From assembly GCA_035533995.1 (NCBI GenBank), contig DATLSR010000038.1, forward strand, positions 12,516 through 76,515: a DNA stretch of 64,000 bases. Reading direction: 5' to 3'. Within the stretch, counting starts at the first letter, position 1, and every line of letters starts with the position of its first letter. This document shows, one piece after another, positions 36,992 through 45,330 of this stretch. The stretch is from Acidimicrobiales bacterium. Its GTDB lineage: Bacteria; Actinomycetota; Acidimicrobiia; Acidimicrobiales; RAAP-2. The notes beneath the pieces are model-generated. The model searched no databases and was not told the origin of the DNA. It worked only from the letters and a program-made list of their open reading frames with translations. The position numbers and the translations under genes were made by a program.

Positions 36992-37945
36992 GTGATCATT
37001 GTTCGTGACGGTGAAGCGGGAGTGACATCGCTCGAAGAGAGCGTCGTCGCGATTGGCGTGTTCGATGGTCTGCATCGAGGTCACCAGGCGGTCATCGCCA
37101 CTCTGGTCGCCTTGGCGAGAGAGCACGACACACTCGCGACGGTCGTTACTTTTGACCCATCGCCCGCGATGTTCTTCGCTCCAACAAAGGCGCCACGACT
37201 CGTGGCGACGTTGGGTCAGCGCCTCGAAGGGCTCGAGGCACTCGGCGTGGACCAAGTTTTGGTTCTCACCTTTGACGCAACGTTGGCGAAGGAGACGGCG
37301 CGCGACTTCATCCAGCGCGTACTCGTGGGCGAGTTGCGCGCGCGAGGCGTCGTGGTAGGCGAGGACTTTCACTTTGGACACAATCGTGAGGGAAACGTCG
37401 CACTGTTAGAAGAGGTCGGGGCCAAGGTTGGCTTCAGCGTTCACCCCACCTCGCTCTTTGGTGACGGCGTACGTTGGAGTTCGACGCTCGTGCGCAGCGC
37501 CCTCGCTCAAGGCGACCTCGAAGTCGCGCGAAAGATCCTCGGGCGCCCCTTTACGCTTCGAGGCGACGTGGTGCACGGGGACGAGCGAGGCCGCAAATTA
37601 GGGTTTCCCACGGCCAATCTCACTTTGTCGACGTACCAACAATTGCCCGCCGAGGGCGTCTACGCCGGGGCGACGTGCGCTGAGGGGACGTGGTGGCCGG
37701 CAGCGATCTCGGTGGGTACGCGACCGCAGTTCTACGATGACGGCGATCTGATCGTCGAAGTGCACCTTTTCGGCTTTGAGGGCAACCTCTATGAAACGAG
37801 TCTCGACGTGGTCTTTTTAGCCCGCTTGCGCGATCAGATGATCTTTGAGAGCGCCGCGGCGTTGAGCGTACAGATTGTGAGCGATGTCACCAAAACCGAG
37901 CAAATCTTTGCGAAGTTCTCGCCAGATGAGACGCGACTGCTATGA
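36992..37945 (+). CDS. ribF: Bifunctional riboflavin kinase / FMN adenylyltransferase
   Basis: GVFDGLHRGHQ in the FADS domain, and GDERGRKLGFPTANL in the C-terminal kinase domain. Confidence 0.9.
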   Translation: MIIVRDGEAGVTSLEESVVAIGVFDGLHRGHQAVIATLVALAREHDTLATVVTFDPSPAMFFAPTKAPRLVATLGQRLEGLEALGVDQVLVLTFDATLAKETARDFIQRVLVGELRARGVVVGEDFHFGHNREGNVALLEEVGAKVGFSVHPTSLFGDGVRWSSTLVRSALAQGDLEVARKILGRPFTLRGDVVHGDERGRKLGFPTANLTLSTYQQLPAEGVYAGATCAEGTWWPAAISVGTRPQFYDDGDLIVEVHLFGFEGNLYETSLDVVFLARLRDQMIFESAAALSVQIVSDVTKTEQIFAKFSPDETRLL

Positions 37946-38032
37946 TGGACTCTCGGTCAGCGACGCTGATCGTGTGGGTCGTCTCGTTGGCGGCTTGCAA
38001 CGGGACCCCCGACTCAATAAGGCATACAAGTA

Positions 38033-38290
38033 ATGACTGAGAAGCAAGAGATTATTAAGGATTTTCAGGCGCACGTCTCGGACACCGGTTCATCGGAAGT
38101 CCAAGTAGCGCTCCTGACGGCCCGAATCTCGCACCTCACCGAGCACCTCAAGGTTCACAAGGGCGATCATCACACCCGCCGTGGACTCATGAAACTCATC
38201 GGTCAACGCCGCCGTTTGCTGGACTACGTGCAAAAAGGCAACGTAGAGCGCTACCGCGCTTTGATTGGTCGTCTCGGCATTCGTCGCTAG
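38033..38290 (+). CDS. rpsO: 30S ribosomal protein S15
   Basis: 85 aa with [36 protein letters not shown]. Confidence 0.95.
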   Translation: MTEKQEIIKDFQAHVSDTGSSEVQVALLTARISHLTEHLKVHKGDHHTRRGLMKLIGQRRRLLDYVQKGNVERYRALIGRLGIRR

Positions 38291-38299
38291 CCGAACACC

Positions 38300-38320
38300 C
38301 ACGTCGACGCCGTCGACGTG
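38300..38320 (+). other. GC-rich hairpin 10 nt after the rpsO stop (9-bp stem, 3-nt loop, no U-tract)
   Basis: cacgtcgac-gcc-gtcgacgtg. It could be an rpsO 3' stabiliser, a partial terminator or a processing site in the pnp leader. Confidence 0.45.
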
Positions 38321-38425
38321 ATCAACATATCCGAGGCCTCGAAGGCCAGTGGAGGACAGTCGCTCAGGGCGGCGGTCGCTCACTGGGATTCGGGCGGAGT
38401 GTTGTTTAACACAAGGAGCCAATCC

Positions 38426-40849
38426 ATGACTGACGCAATTAGCGTAAGCAGTCCCATCACGGGTACCGACAAGACGATGAGTTTTGAAGCCGGTCACCTC
38501 GCCCAACTAGCCGACGGCGCCGTTCTGGCGCGCATCGGTGACACCATGTTGCTCGCCACGGTCACCGCGGCGCGAAGCGCACGAGAGGGAATGGACTTTT
38601 TCCCTCTCACCATCGACATTGAAGAGCGCGCTTACGCGGCCGGAAAGATTCCCGGGGCGTTCTTTCGCCGCGAGGGCAAGCTTTCGGACCAGGCGATCCT
38701 CATCTGTCGTTTGATTGACCGTCCGTTGCGTCCTTCTTTCCCGAAGGGCTTTCGTAACGAGGTCCAAGTCGTCGGCACGATTTTTAGCGCCGACCAGGAG
38801 AACCCGCACGACATTTTGGCCATTAACGCCGCGTCGGCCGCGATCATGATCTCTGGTATTCCCTTTGACGGCCCCATTGGGGCCGTTCGCATGGCCTTTA
38901 CGACGGAGGGCGAGTGGGTTCCCCACCCCACCTACGCCGAAGGCGACGCCGCTACGTTCGAGCTCGTGGTTGCCGGACGTGCCCTCAGCGACTCCGTTGA
39001 CGCCGACGTCGCGATCATGATGGTCGAAGCCGGTGGCACCGAAGGTTCCTTTGAGAAGTACGCCGACGGCGCTCCCAAGGTCAGCGAAGATGTTCTCGCC
39101 GCTGGTCTCGATGCCTCGAAGCTCTGGATTCGTGAAGCGATCAACCTTCAGCGTGAACTCGTCAAAGACTTCATCGCCGCGCGCGGTGCGTTGCCGGTCT
39201 TTCCTTACGAGACTTTTGCTGATTACCAAGACGACGTTTACGAACGTGTCGTCAGTGTTGGTGGGGCGGAACTCGCCGAAGCCAACAAGATCACCACCAA
39301 GGCCGCGCGTAACGACGCCTTGGCCGCGGTGACCAAGACCATCACTGATGAACTGACCGGTGAGTTTGAAGGTCGTGGTAGTGAGATCAAGGCCGCCGTA
39401 CGCTCGTTGACCAAGAAACTCGTTCGTCGTCGCATCATCGAAGACGGCGTGCGTATTGACGGACGTGGCGTGGCGGACATTCGTCCCCTTTCGGCCGAGA
39501 TCGACCTCTTTCCCATGACCCACGGCTCGGCGCTCTTCCAGCGCGGTGAAACCCAAGTGGTGAACGTGACGACCCTGGGTATGCCTCGCATGCGTCAGCA
39601 GCTCGACACGATCTCGCCCGATGAGTTTCGTCGCTACATGCACCACTACAACTTCCCGCCCTACTCAACGGGTGAGACCGGTCGCGTGGGTGCACCCAAA
39701 CGTCGCGAAGTCGGCCACGGCATGTTGGCCGAGCGCGCGCTCGTGCCGGTGCTACCGAGTGAAGAAGAGTTTGCGTATACGCTGCGCGTCGTCTCTGACG
39801 TCATGCAGTCCAACGGTTCGACCTCCATGGGCTCGGTCTGTGGATCGACGCTGTCGCTGATGGCGGCGGGCGTTCCCATCAAGGCGCCCGTCGCGGGCAT
39901 CGCGATGGGTCTCGTCTACGACGAGGGAACCTACGTAACCTTGACCGACATCCTCGGCGCCGAAGACGCTTTTGGCGACATGGACTTTAAGGTCGCCGGT
40001 ACCGCGGACGCCGTCACGGCGTTGCAACTCGACACGAAGATTGACGGCCTTCCCGCCGACGTTCTCGCGAAGGCGTTGCACCAAGCCAAGGACGCGCGTC
40101 TGGCGATCCTCAAGGTACTGACCGATACGATCGCCGAACCCCGTAGTCACGTGGCCGACGTCGCGCCAAAGATCGTGACCCTCGAGATTCCGATCGACAA
40201 GATTGGTGAGGTCATTGGGCCAAAGGGCAAAGTCATCAACATGCTCCAGCAAGAGACGGGTGCGGACATTGCGGTCGATGATGACGGCGTCATTGGCACG
40301 GTCACTATTGGTGCGAAAGATGGGCGGGCCGTTGAAGAGGCTCGCCGTCGAATCTCGCTCATCTTGGACCCACCCTCGGCTGACGTGGGCGCGGTCTACC
40401 AAGGTCGCGTGGTCTCCATCGCGAAGTTCGGCGCGTTCGTCAACATCCTCCCCGGGCGTGACGGACTGCTGCACATCTCGAAGTTGGCGCCGCTCAATGG
40501 TGGAAAGCGCATCGGGCAAGTCGAAGACGTACTCGAACTCGGCCAAGCACTCGAGGTGAAGGTCGACGACATCGATCCTCAGGGCAAGGTCTCGCTCTCG
40601 CTCGTTGGGGACTTTCCCGACATCGTTGACGAGGCGCCTCGTAGTCGCGAGCGCCGCCCCGAGCGCGACAGTCGCCCCGAGCGCGACAGTCGCCCCGAGC
40701 GCGCGAGCGCTTCGCCAAAGTCGTCGTCGTTCGAGGCTTCATTTGAGGCTGAGTTGGCGGGAGAGATTGGTGACTTAGGTCCTGGTGGTCCGACGTTCAG
40801 TGATGGTGACGGTGGAGGACGCCGCACCCCTCGACCCCGTCGACGCTAA
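38426..40849 (+). CDS. pnp: Polyribonucleotide nucleotidyltransferase (PNPase) with a charged C-terminal tail of about 85 aa
   Basis: ATG 38426 is preceded by AAGGAG (38414-38419). Two RNase PH domains, a KH domain (IGEVIGPKGKVIN) and an S1 domain (GRVVSIAKFGAFVNILPGRDGLLHIS) are present. The ORF-track start at 38318 lacks an RBS. Confidence 0.95.
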   Translation: MTDAISVSSPITGTDKTMSFEAGHLAQLADGAVLARIGDTMLLATVTAARSAREGMDFFPLTIDIEERAYAAGKIPGAFFRREGKLSDQAILICRLIDRPLRPSFPKGFRNEVQVVGTIFSADQENPHDILAINAASAAIMISGIPFDGPIGAVRMAFTTEGEWVPHPTYAEGDAATFELVVAGRALSDSVDADVAIMMVEAGGTEGSFEKYADGAPKVSEDVLAAGLDASKLWIREAINLQRELVKDFIAARGALPVFPYETFADYQDDVYERVVSVGGAELAEANKITTKAARNDALAAVTKTITDELTGEFEGRGSEIKAAVRSLTKKLVRRRIIEDGVRIDGRGVADIRPLSAEIDLFPMTHGSALFQRGETQVVNVTTLGMPRMRQQLDTISPDEFRRYMHHYNFPPYSTGETGRVGAPKRREVGHGMLAERALVPVLPSEEEFAYTLRVVSDVMQSNGSTSMGSVCGSTLSLMAAGVPIKAPVAGIAMGLVYDEGTYVTLTDILGAEDAFGDMDFKVAGTADAVTALQLDTKIDGLPADVLAKALHQAKDARLAILKVLTDTIAEPRSHVADVAPKIVTLEIPIDKIGEVIGPKGKVINMLQQETGADIAVDDDGVIGTVTIGAKDGRAVEEARRRISLILDPPSADVGAVYQGRVVSIAKFGAFVNILPGRDGLLHISKLAPLNGGKRIGQVEDVLELGQALEVKVDDIDPQGKVSLSLVGDFPDIVDEAPRSRERRPERDSRPERDSRPERASASPKSSSFEASFEAELAGEIGDLGPGGPTFSDGDGGGRRTPRPRRR
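40655..40708 (+). repeat. In-frame 18-nt tandem repeat (about 3 copies) encoding RPERDS-RPERDS-RPERAS in the PNPase tail
   Basis: cgccccgagcgcgacagt occurs twice, followed by a diverged third copy cgccccgagcgcgcgagc. Confidence 0.85.
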
Positions 40850-40858
40850 GTAACGACC

Positions 40859-40906
40859 GGCCGTGGTGCGCAGTCTGGGACTGTGCACCACGGCCTCGTA
40901 CTTTTT
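40859..40906 (+). terminator. Long hairpin (about 17 bp including one G-U pair, loop tgg) followed by tcgtacttttt, downstream of pnp
   Basis: ggccgtggtgcgcagtc-tgg-gactgtgcaccacggcc at 40859-40895. The T5 run is 6 nt distal to the stem, so this is an imperfect intrinsic terminator or a 3'-protective stem. Confidence 0.55.
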
Positions 40907-40921
40907 CGTAGCGTGGAGAAA

Positions 40922-43615
40922 ATGAGTAACGCCCCGGAGACGCCCGTGCCCTGGTGGCGACCGATCACCCGAACTGATCGATGGGCTCTCTGGTGGCTTC
41001 TCCTCATCCCCGCTGCGCTCTTCATCATCCCGGCACTCCTCGGTCGTCCAGCCATCGACGCCGACAATTTGATTCAGAACTTTCCCTTACGCGTCCTCGC
41101 CGGCAGGCAGATTGCCTCTGGTCACTTGCCGCTGCTCGATCCACTCACCAACGCGGGCACACCACTGCTTGGTGGAATGAACGCTGGTGCGCTCTATCCC
41201 CTCACGGTGATTTTCGCCTTCGTTCCCGCCATCGCCGCGTGGGTCATCAATCTGATCGTCGTCTACCTCACGGCCGCGGTGGGCGTCTTTGCACTCTTGC
41301 GCTGGCACGGACTTCGCACCGTTGCCGCCTTCGGCGCCGCGATCACCTACTCCTACTCCGGCGCGATGATCGGCCAGATGGTGCACCTCGGTGTTATTCA
41401 AGGCTTTTCGTACATTCCGTGGGCGGCGCTCATCATGTTCGCGTTGTCGAGGCGACTCAGTTCTACCCGCGCCGACGCCACGTGGAGGGAACTCGCACGC
41501 GTCGCGTTGCCGTGGATCTGCGGCGTGGCGTTGTTGTGGGGACTGATTTTTCTCACCGGCGAACCGAGAGGCATGGCCGACATTGAGTTATTGACGATCA
41601 TCATCGTGCCGTGCGTGTTGTTGTTGCGAACGTCGTACTGGCTGCGGTCGTGGCGACTGCGGGTCGTCTACCTGGCGACGCTGTTCGTCGGCTTCGCGTG
41701 GGGTGTTGGTCTAGGGCTCGTGCAGCTGTTGCCGGGTTGGTCGTTCATCACCTTTTCGCAGCGTTCCCAAGTGAACTACGCCTTCTTTGGTGCAGGATCG
41801 CTCGCCATTCGCTGGGCGGCACTGCTCTTCACGCCCGACCTCTTCGGGGGCAACGGCGCCTTTGGCCAACAGGGTTTCTTCGCTAACTACAACCTCGCTG
41901 AGGTGACGGGCTACGCCGGGGTGCTCGCGCTGATGGGGGGAGCGGCCTTCTTGTCGAGACTTCGCTGGCGAGGGTGGAAGGGCGCCGATCGAGACTACGT
42001 GATTTACGTCGTGGTCGGGGTCGTAGGAATTTTTGCGGCTTGGGGTTACTTCACACCGCTCGGTCACGTCTTTCGAGACATTCCGCTCTTTGGCTCGACC
42101 CGGCTACAGAGCCGCAACATCATCTTGGTGGACTTTGCGTTGTCGATCATGCTCGGCTGGTGGATTCAACGTCTCCTCGACACGAAGAACGTTCGAACGA
42201 AGCTCACTAAATTATCAACGTGGGTGACCATCGCGCCCGCGCTGCTCGTTGTCGCACTCTCCGTTGCGCTCCTTGGTTGGGGACCGTTCATTATCAGTCA
42301 CATTGGCGTACCCGCGGGTAAGGCGCACTTCGCTAACGCCAACAAACTAGTTAACGTGCTGCAGTTACTCATTGCTCTCGCGGCGGTACTCGCGGTGTTG
42401 CTGTGGCGACGCTCGCGTCGATTCAGCACGATCTTCTTGAGCATTCTGGTCGCTGATCTCCTCGTCTTTTCTGCCTTCAGCGCAACAGGCCTGATCGGCG
42501 GATCGGGACCCCGCGAGTCGTCTCGCGTGGGCGCCGTGGCGCTCTTTGGCACCAAGGGCCGATTCGCGCTCGTCGATCAAGGTGGCGTGCACACTGGCGT
42601 GTACCGAGCGCTCGGTGAACCGAACATGAACGTCTTCACGGGTCTCGCCAGCGTTCAGGGTTACGGGGCGCTGATCTCGACGATCTACGACGACGCGACG
42701 GGGACCCATCCCCAGACCATGCTGAACCCCTGTCATTTAGCTGACGGCACGTTCACGCAACTTCGACTCAGCGCGGTCGCCATTTCGAGTTCGGAGCTCG
42801 CGACCAACACGCTTATCGCTTCGACGGTGCCGACCACCTGCGTCCCGGTCACGACGCCTCGCGTGACGCATCGCTACTTCGGACAGCTCTTAAGGGTCAA
42901 CCACATCACTCTCACCGGCGTCGACAACAGAGTGTTGTCAGCGAGTCCCATGAAACTTCAACTACTCAACGGCGTTGGCAAGCCCGTCGGACCTTTGCTC
43001 AGTGTAAAAAACGGGCGAGTAGAGGCGTTGACCTTGAGGGGTTCAACGCTCGCGGCCGGTTTCGTCTTGTCGTCCCCGACGGCGCTGCACTTGGGTGACA
43101 CGGTGGTGGCCCAAACGGGTAGTGGGCCGAGTTTCCAACTCGACACTCCTTTTCAATTAGCTATCTCTTCGTCCGCGTGGCGTCTGACGTCAACGACGGA
43201 TAAGTTCTCCGTCTTTAAGGCGGTGAGGCTCAGACCGAGGGTATGGCTCGTAGGGTCATCGTCGAATGGAACAGTAAGCAACATTCACGGCGCTTCCTGG
43301 GGCGACACGTGGGTCAGCGTCGCGCTCACCGCGTCGAGCGTGATCGAACGAAGTGAGGCGTACTTGCCTGGCTGGCGCGCGACGGCATTGAACGACGTGA
43401 CCGGAAAGAGTGTTGACCTTAACGTCCATCGGGCCGGTTTGATCGAAAGCGTTCGTGTGCCGAAGGGAAAGTGGACGATTCACTTCCACTATCACGCGCC
43501 CTACATCGAAGTCAGTGTCGCGGCGGCGGCGGCTTCGTTGATTCTTCTACTCGGCGTGGCGTCGGCGTACGTCGTCAAGAGACGCCGTCGAAGCAACGCT
43601 AAGGTTCTTCCGTGA
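40922..43615 (+). CDS. YfhO-family-like (GT-C-type) large polytopic membrane protein
   Basis: About 898 aa from ATG 40922 (GGAGA upstream). The N-terminal 500 aa contain 12 or more TM helices, followed by an extracytoplasmic beta-rich domain. The C-terminal pattern YLPGWRATALND..GKSVDLNVHRAGLIESVRVPKGKWTIHFHYHAPY plus a final TM anchor resembles YfhO proteins. Confidence 0.55.
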   Translation: MSNAPETPVPWWRPITRTDRWALWWLLLIPAALFIIPALLGRPAIDADNLIQNFPLRVLAGRQIASGHLPLLDPLTNAGTPLLGGMNAGALYPLTVIFAFVPAIAAWVINLIVVYLTAAVGVFALLRWHGLRTVAAFGAAITYSYSGAMIGQMVHLGVIQGFSYIPWAALIMFALSRRLSSTRADATWRELARVALPWICGVALLWGLIFLTGEPRGMADIELLTIIIVPCVLLLRTSYWLRSWRLRVVYLATLFVGFAWGVGLGLVQLLPGWSFITFSQRSQVNYAFFGAGSLAIRWAALLFTPDLFGGNGAFGQQGFFANYNLAEVTGYAGVLALMGGAAFLSRLRWRGWKGADRDYVIYVVVGVVGIFAAWGYFTPLGHVFRDIPLFGSTRLQSRNIILVDFALSIMLGWWIQRLLDTKNVRTKLTKLSTWVTIAPALLVVALSVALLGWGPFIISHIGVPAGKAHFANANKLVNVLQLLIALAAVLAVLLWRRSRRFSTIFLSILVADLLVFSAFSATGLIGGSGPRESSRVGAVALFGTKGRFALVDQGGVHTGVYRALGEPNMNVFTGLASVQGYGALISTIYDDATGTHPQTMLNPCHLADGTFTQLRLSAVAISSSELATNTLIASTVPTTCVPVTTPRVTHRYFGQLLRVNHITLTGVDNRVLSASPMKLQLLNGVGKPVGPLLSVKNGRVEALTLRGSTLAAGFVLSSPTALHLGDTVVAQTGSGPSFQLDTPFQLAISSSAWRLTSTTDKFSVFKAVRLRPRVWLVGSSSNGTVSNIHGASWGDTWVSVALTASSVIERSEAYLPGWRATALNDVTGKSVDLNVHRAGLIESVRVPKGKWTIHFHYHAPYIEVSVAAAAASLILLLGVASAYVVKRRRRSNAKVLP

Positions 43616-44382
43616 AGTCACTGGCCATCGTCGGTGGAGCGGGTCGTATGGGTCAAGCTCTGGGAGAAGGCCTCGGCGCGCTCGAGCAGTTCTTCATCTT
43701 CGCGCTGATTGACGAGTATGAACCCCAGGAGCTCTTTGGTGGCACGTACGTGACGTCGCTCGCTGATCTCGACGCGTCGAGAGTTGACGTGGTGATTGAC
43801 TTTTCATCGCCCGAAGGTGTAGCGAAATCGGCGACGTGGTGCGAAATCAATGGGGTCGCACTAGTGGTGGGCGCGACGGGTCTATCACCTGAGCAGCGCA
43901 GCGTTGTCGAAAAGGCTTCCTCGAAAGTGGGCGTCGTGATGGCGTCCAACTTCTCGATCGGTGCGGTACTTTCTGAGCGCTTCGCCGCCGTGGCCGCGCC
44001 GTACTTTGAGCGCGTTGAAATCATTGAACTTCATCATGACAAGAAGATTGACGCGCCATCGGGTACGTCGATCGCGACGGCCAGGGCCATAGCGAGCGCT
44101 CGCAATAGGGCCGGACTAGCGCCCCTCGGCGATCCCACCGAACGACGAACCATTGAAGGCGCTCGAGGCGCCGACGCAGTTGACGGGATCAAGATTCACT
44201 CCGTGCGACTTCCCGGTCTCGTCGCGCATCAAGAGATTCTCTTTGGTTCGGTGGGTGAGGGCCTCACCATTCGCCACGACTCGTTCGATCGACAGAGTTT
44301 CGTGCACGGCGTCGCACTCGCCGCGAACGCGATTGACGCGACGCCTGGGTTTCTTGACGGCATCGCCTCGCTGATTCCATAG
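43612..44382 (+). CDS. dapB: 4-hydroxy-tetrahydrodipicolinate reductase
   Basis: GAGRMG (NAD-binding motif) and IELHHDKKIDAPSGT. The GTG start overlaps the upstream TGA (GTGA). Confidence 0.9.
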   Translation: MKSLAIVGGAGRMGQALGEGLGALEQFFIFALIDEYEPQELFGGTYVTSLADLDASRVDVVIDFSSPEGVAKSATWCEINGVALVVGATGLSPEQRSVVEKASSKVGVVMASNFSIGAVLSERFAAVAAPYFERVEIIELHHDKKIDAPSGTSIATARAIASARNRAGLAPLGDPTERRTIEGARGADAVDGIKIHSVRLPGLVAHQEILFGSVGEGLTIRHDSFDRQSFVHGVALAANAIDATPGFLDGIASLIP

Positions 44383-44433
44383 GGACGGCGTTATTCTCGA
44401 CTCGCTCGTTGGGGCGGCTGGTAACTTCGTACC

Positions 44434-45330
44434 ATGAGTGCCCCTCGTTTTGGACGAGTCCTAACGGCCATGGTGACCCCCTTTGGGACCGACGGATCAG
44501 TGGACTACGACGTCGCGGCGAAGTTGGCCCAATTTTTGGTGGCCGAGGGTAGCGATGGTTTGGTCGTCGCTGGTTCGACGGGCGAAGGTTCGTCACTGAG
44601 TGACGAGGAGAAGTTGAACCTCTTCGCCTGTGTCGCTGAAGCGGTTTCCGTGCCCGTACTGGCTGGTTCCACGTTCGCCAATACCCAACAGTCGGTGGCT
44701 TTGACCTCACAGGTCAAAGCGACCGGCGCCGCCGGGGTCCTGGCGACCACGCCGGCTTACGCTCGCCCTAGTCAGGTAGGCATTGCCGCGCACCTGGGCG
44801 CTATCGCCGAGAGCACGCCGCTGGAGGTCATGCTCTACGACATTCCGATACGTACGGGGAGAAAGATCCACTCGTCGACGACGATTGATCTCGTGAACAA
44901 ACACAAAAACATCATCGCCCTCAAGGACGCCTCTGGTGATTTGGTATCGGCGGCGCACACCAAGGCCGTCTTGGGCGAGGAACTCGATCTCTACAGTGGT
45001 GATGACTCGATGTTGCTGGGTTTCCTCGCCATTGGTGCCGTAGGCATCGTGTCGGTCGCCGCACACTGGGCCGGCCCGGAAGTCGCGGGCGTAGTACGGG
45101 CCTTTCAAAATGGCAAGTTGGAGAAGGCGCAGGCGCTCTATGAACGCGCCGCGCCTAGTTTCGCCTTCGAGAGCTCTGAGACCTACCCGAACCCCATGCC
45201 GTCAAAGGCCGCGTTGCGCGCGCTCGGCTTTAGCGTAGGTGAGTGTCGCCTCCCCCACGCTCCAAGTGACCTCGATCTTGATCGCTCGGCGGCGGAGATT
45301 GTGACGTCACTAAAGAACGCCCGTGGCTGA
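44434..45330 (+). CDS. dapA: 4-hydroxy-tetrahydrodipicolinate synthase
   Basis: AMVTPF...VAGSTGEGSSLSDEEK...YDIP...ALKDASGD (Schiff-base Lys context). Confidence 0.9.
   Translation: MSAPRFGRVLTAMVTPFGTDGSVDYDVAAKLAQFLVAEGSDGLVVAGSTGEGSSLSDEEKLNLFACVAEAVSVPVLAGSTFANTQQSVALTSQVKATGAAGVLATTPAYARPSQVGIAAHLGAIAESTPLEVMLYDIPIRTGRKIHSSTTIDLVNKHKNIIALKDASGDLVSAAHTKAVLGEELDLYSGDDSMLLGFLAIGAVGIVSVAAHWAGPEVAGVVRAFQNGKLEKAQALYERAAPSFAFESSETYPNPMPSKAALRALGFSVGECRLPHAPSDLDLDRSAAEIVTSLKNARG

Noticed and set aside
40655-40708. Tandem repeats here, and at 33547-33633, considered as a possible CRISPR or VNTR-type non-coding array.
   Set aside because: The units are 18 nt and 42 nt, directly adjacent with no spacers, in frame, and inside the pnp and infB coding sequences. 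They are coding peptide repeats, not CRISPR.
42187-42198. gaacgttcgaac, considered as a possible additional LexA box.
   Set aside because: The half-site spacing is wrong (no 4-nt spacer) and it lies deep inside the coding sequence of the YfhO-like gene.
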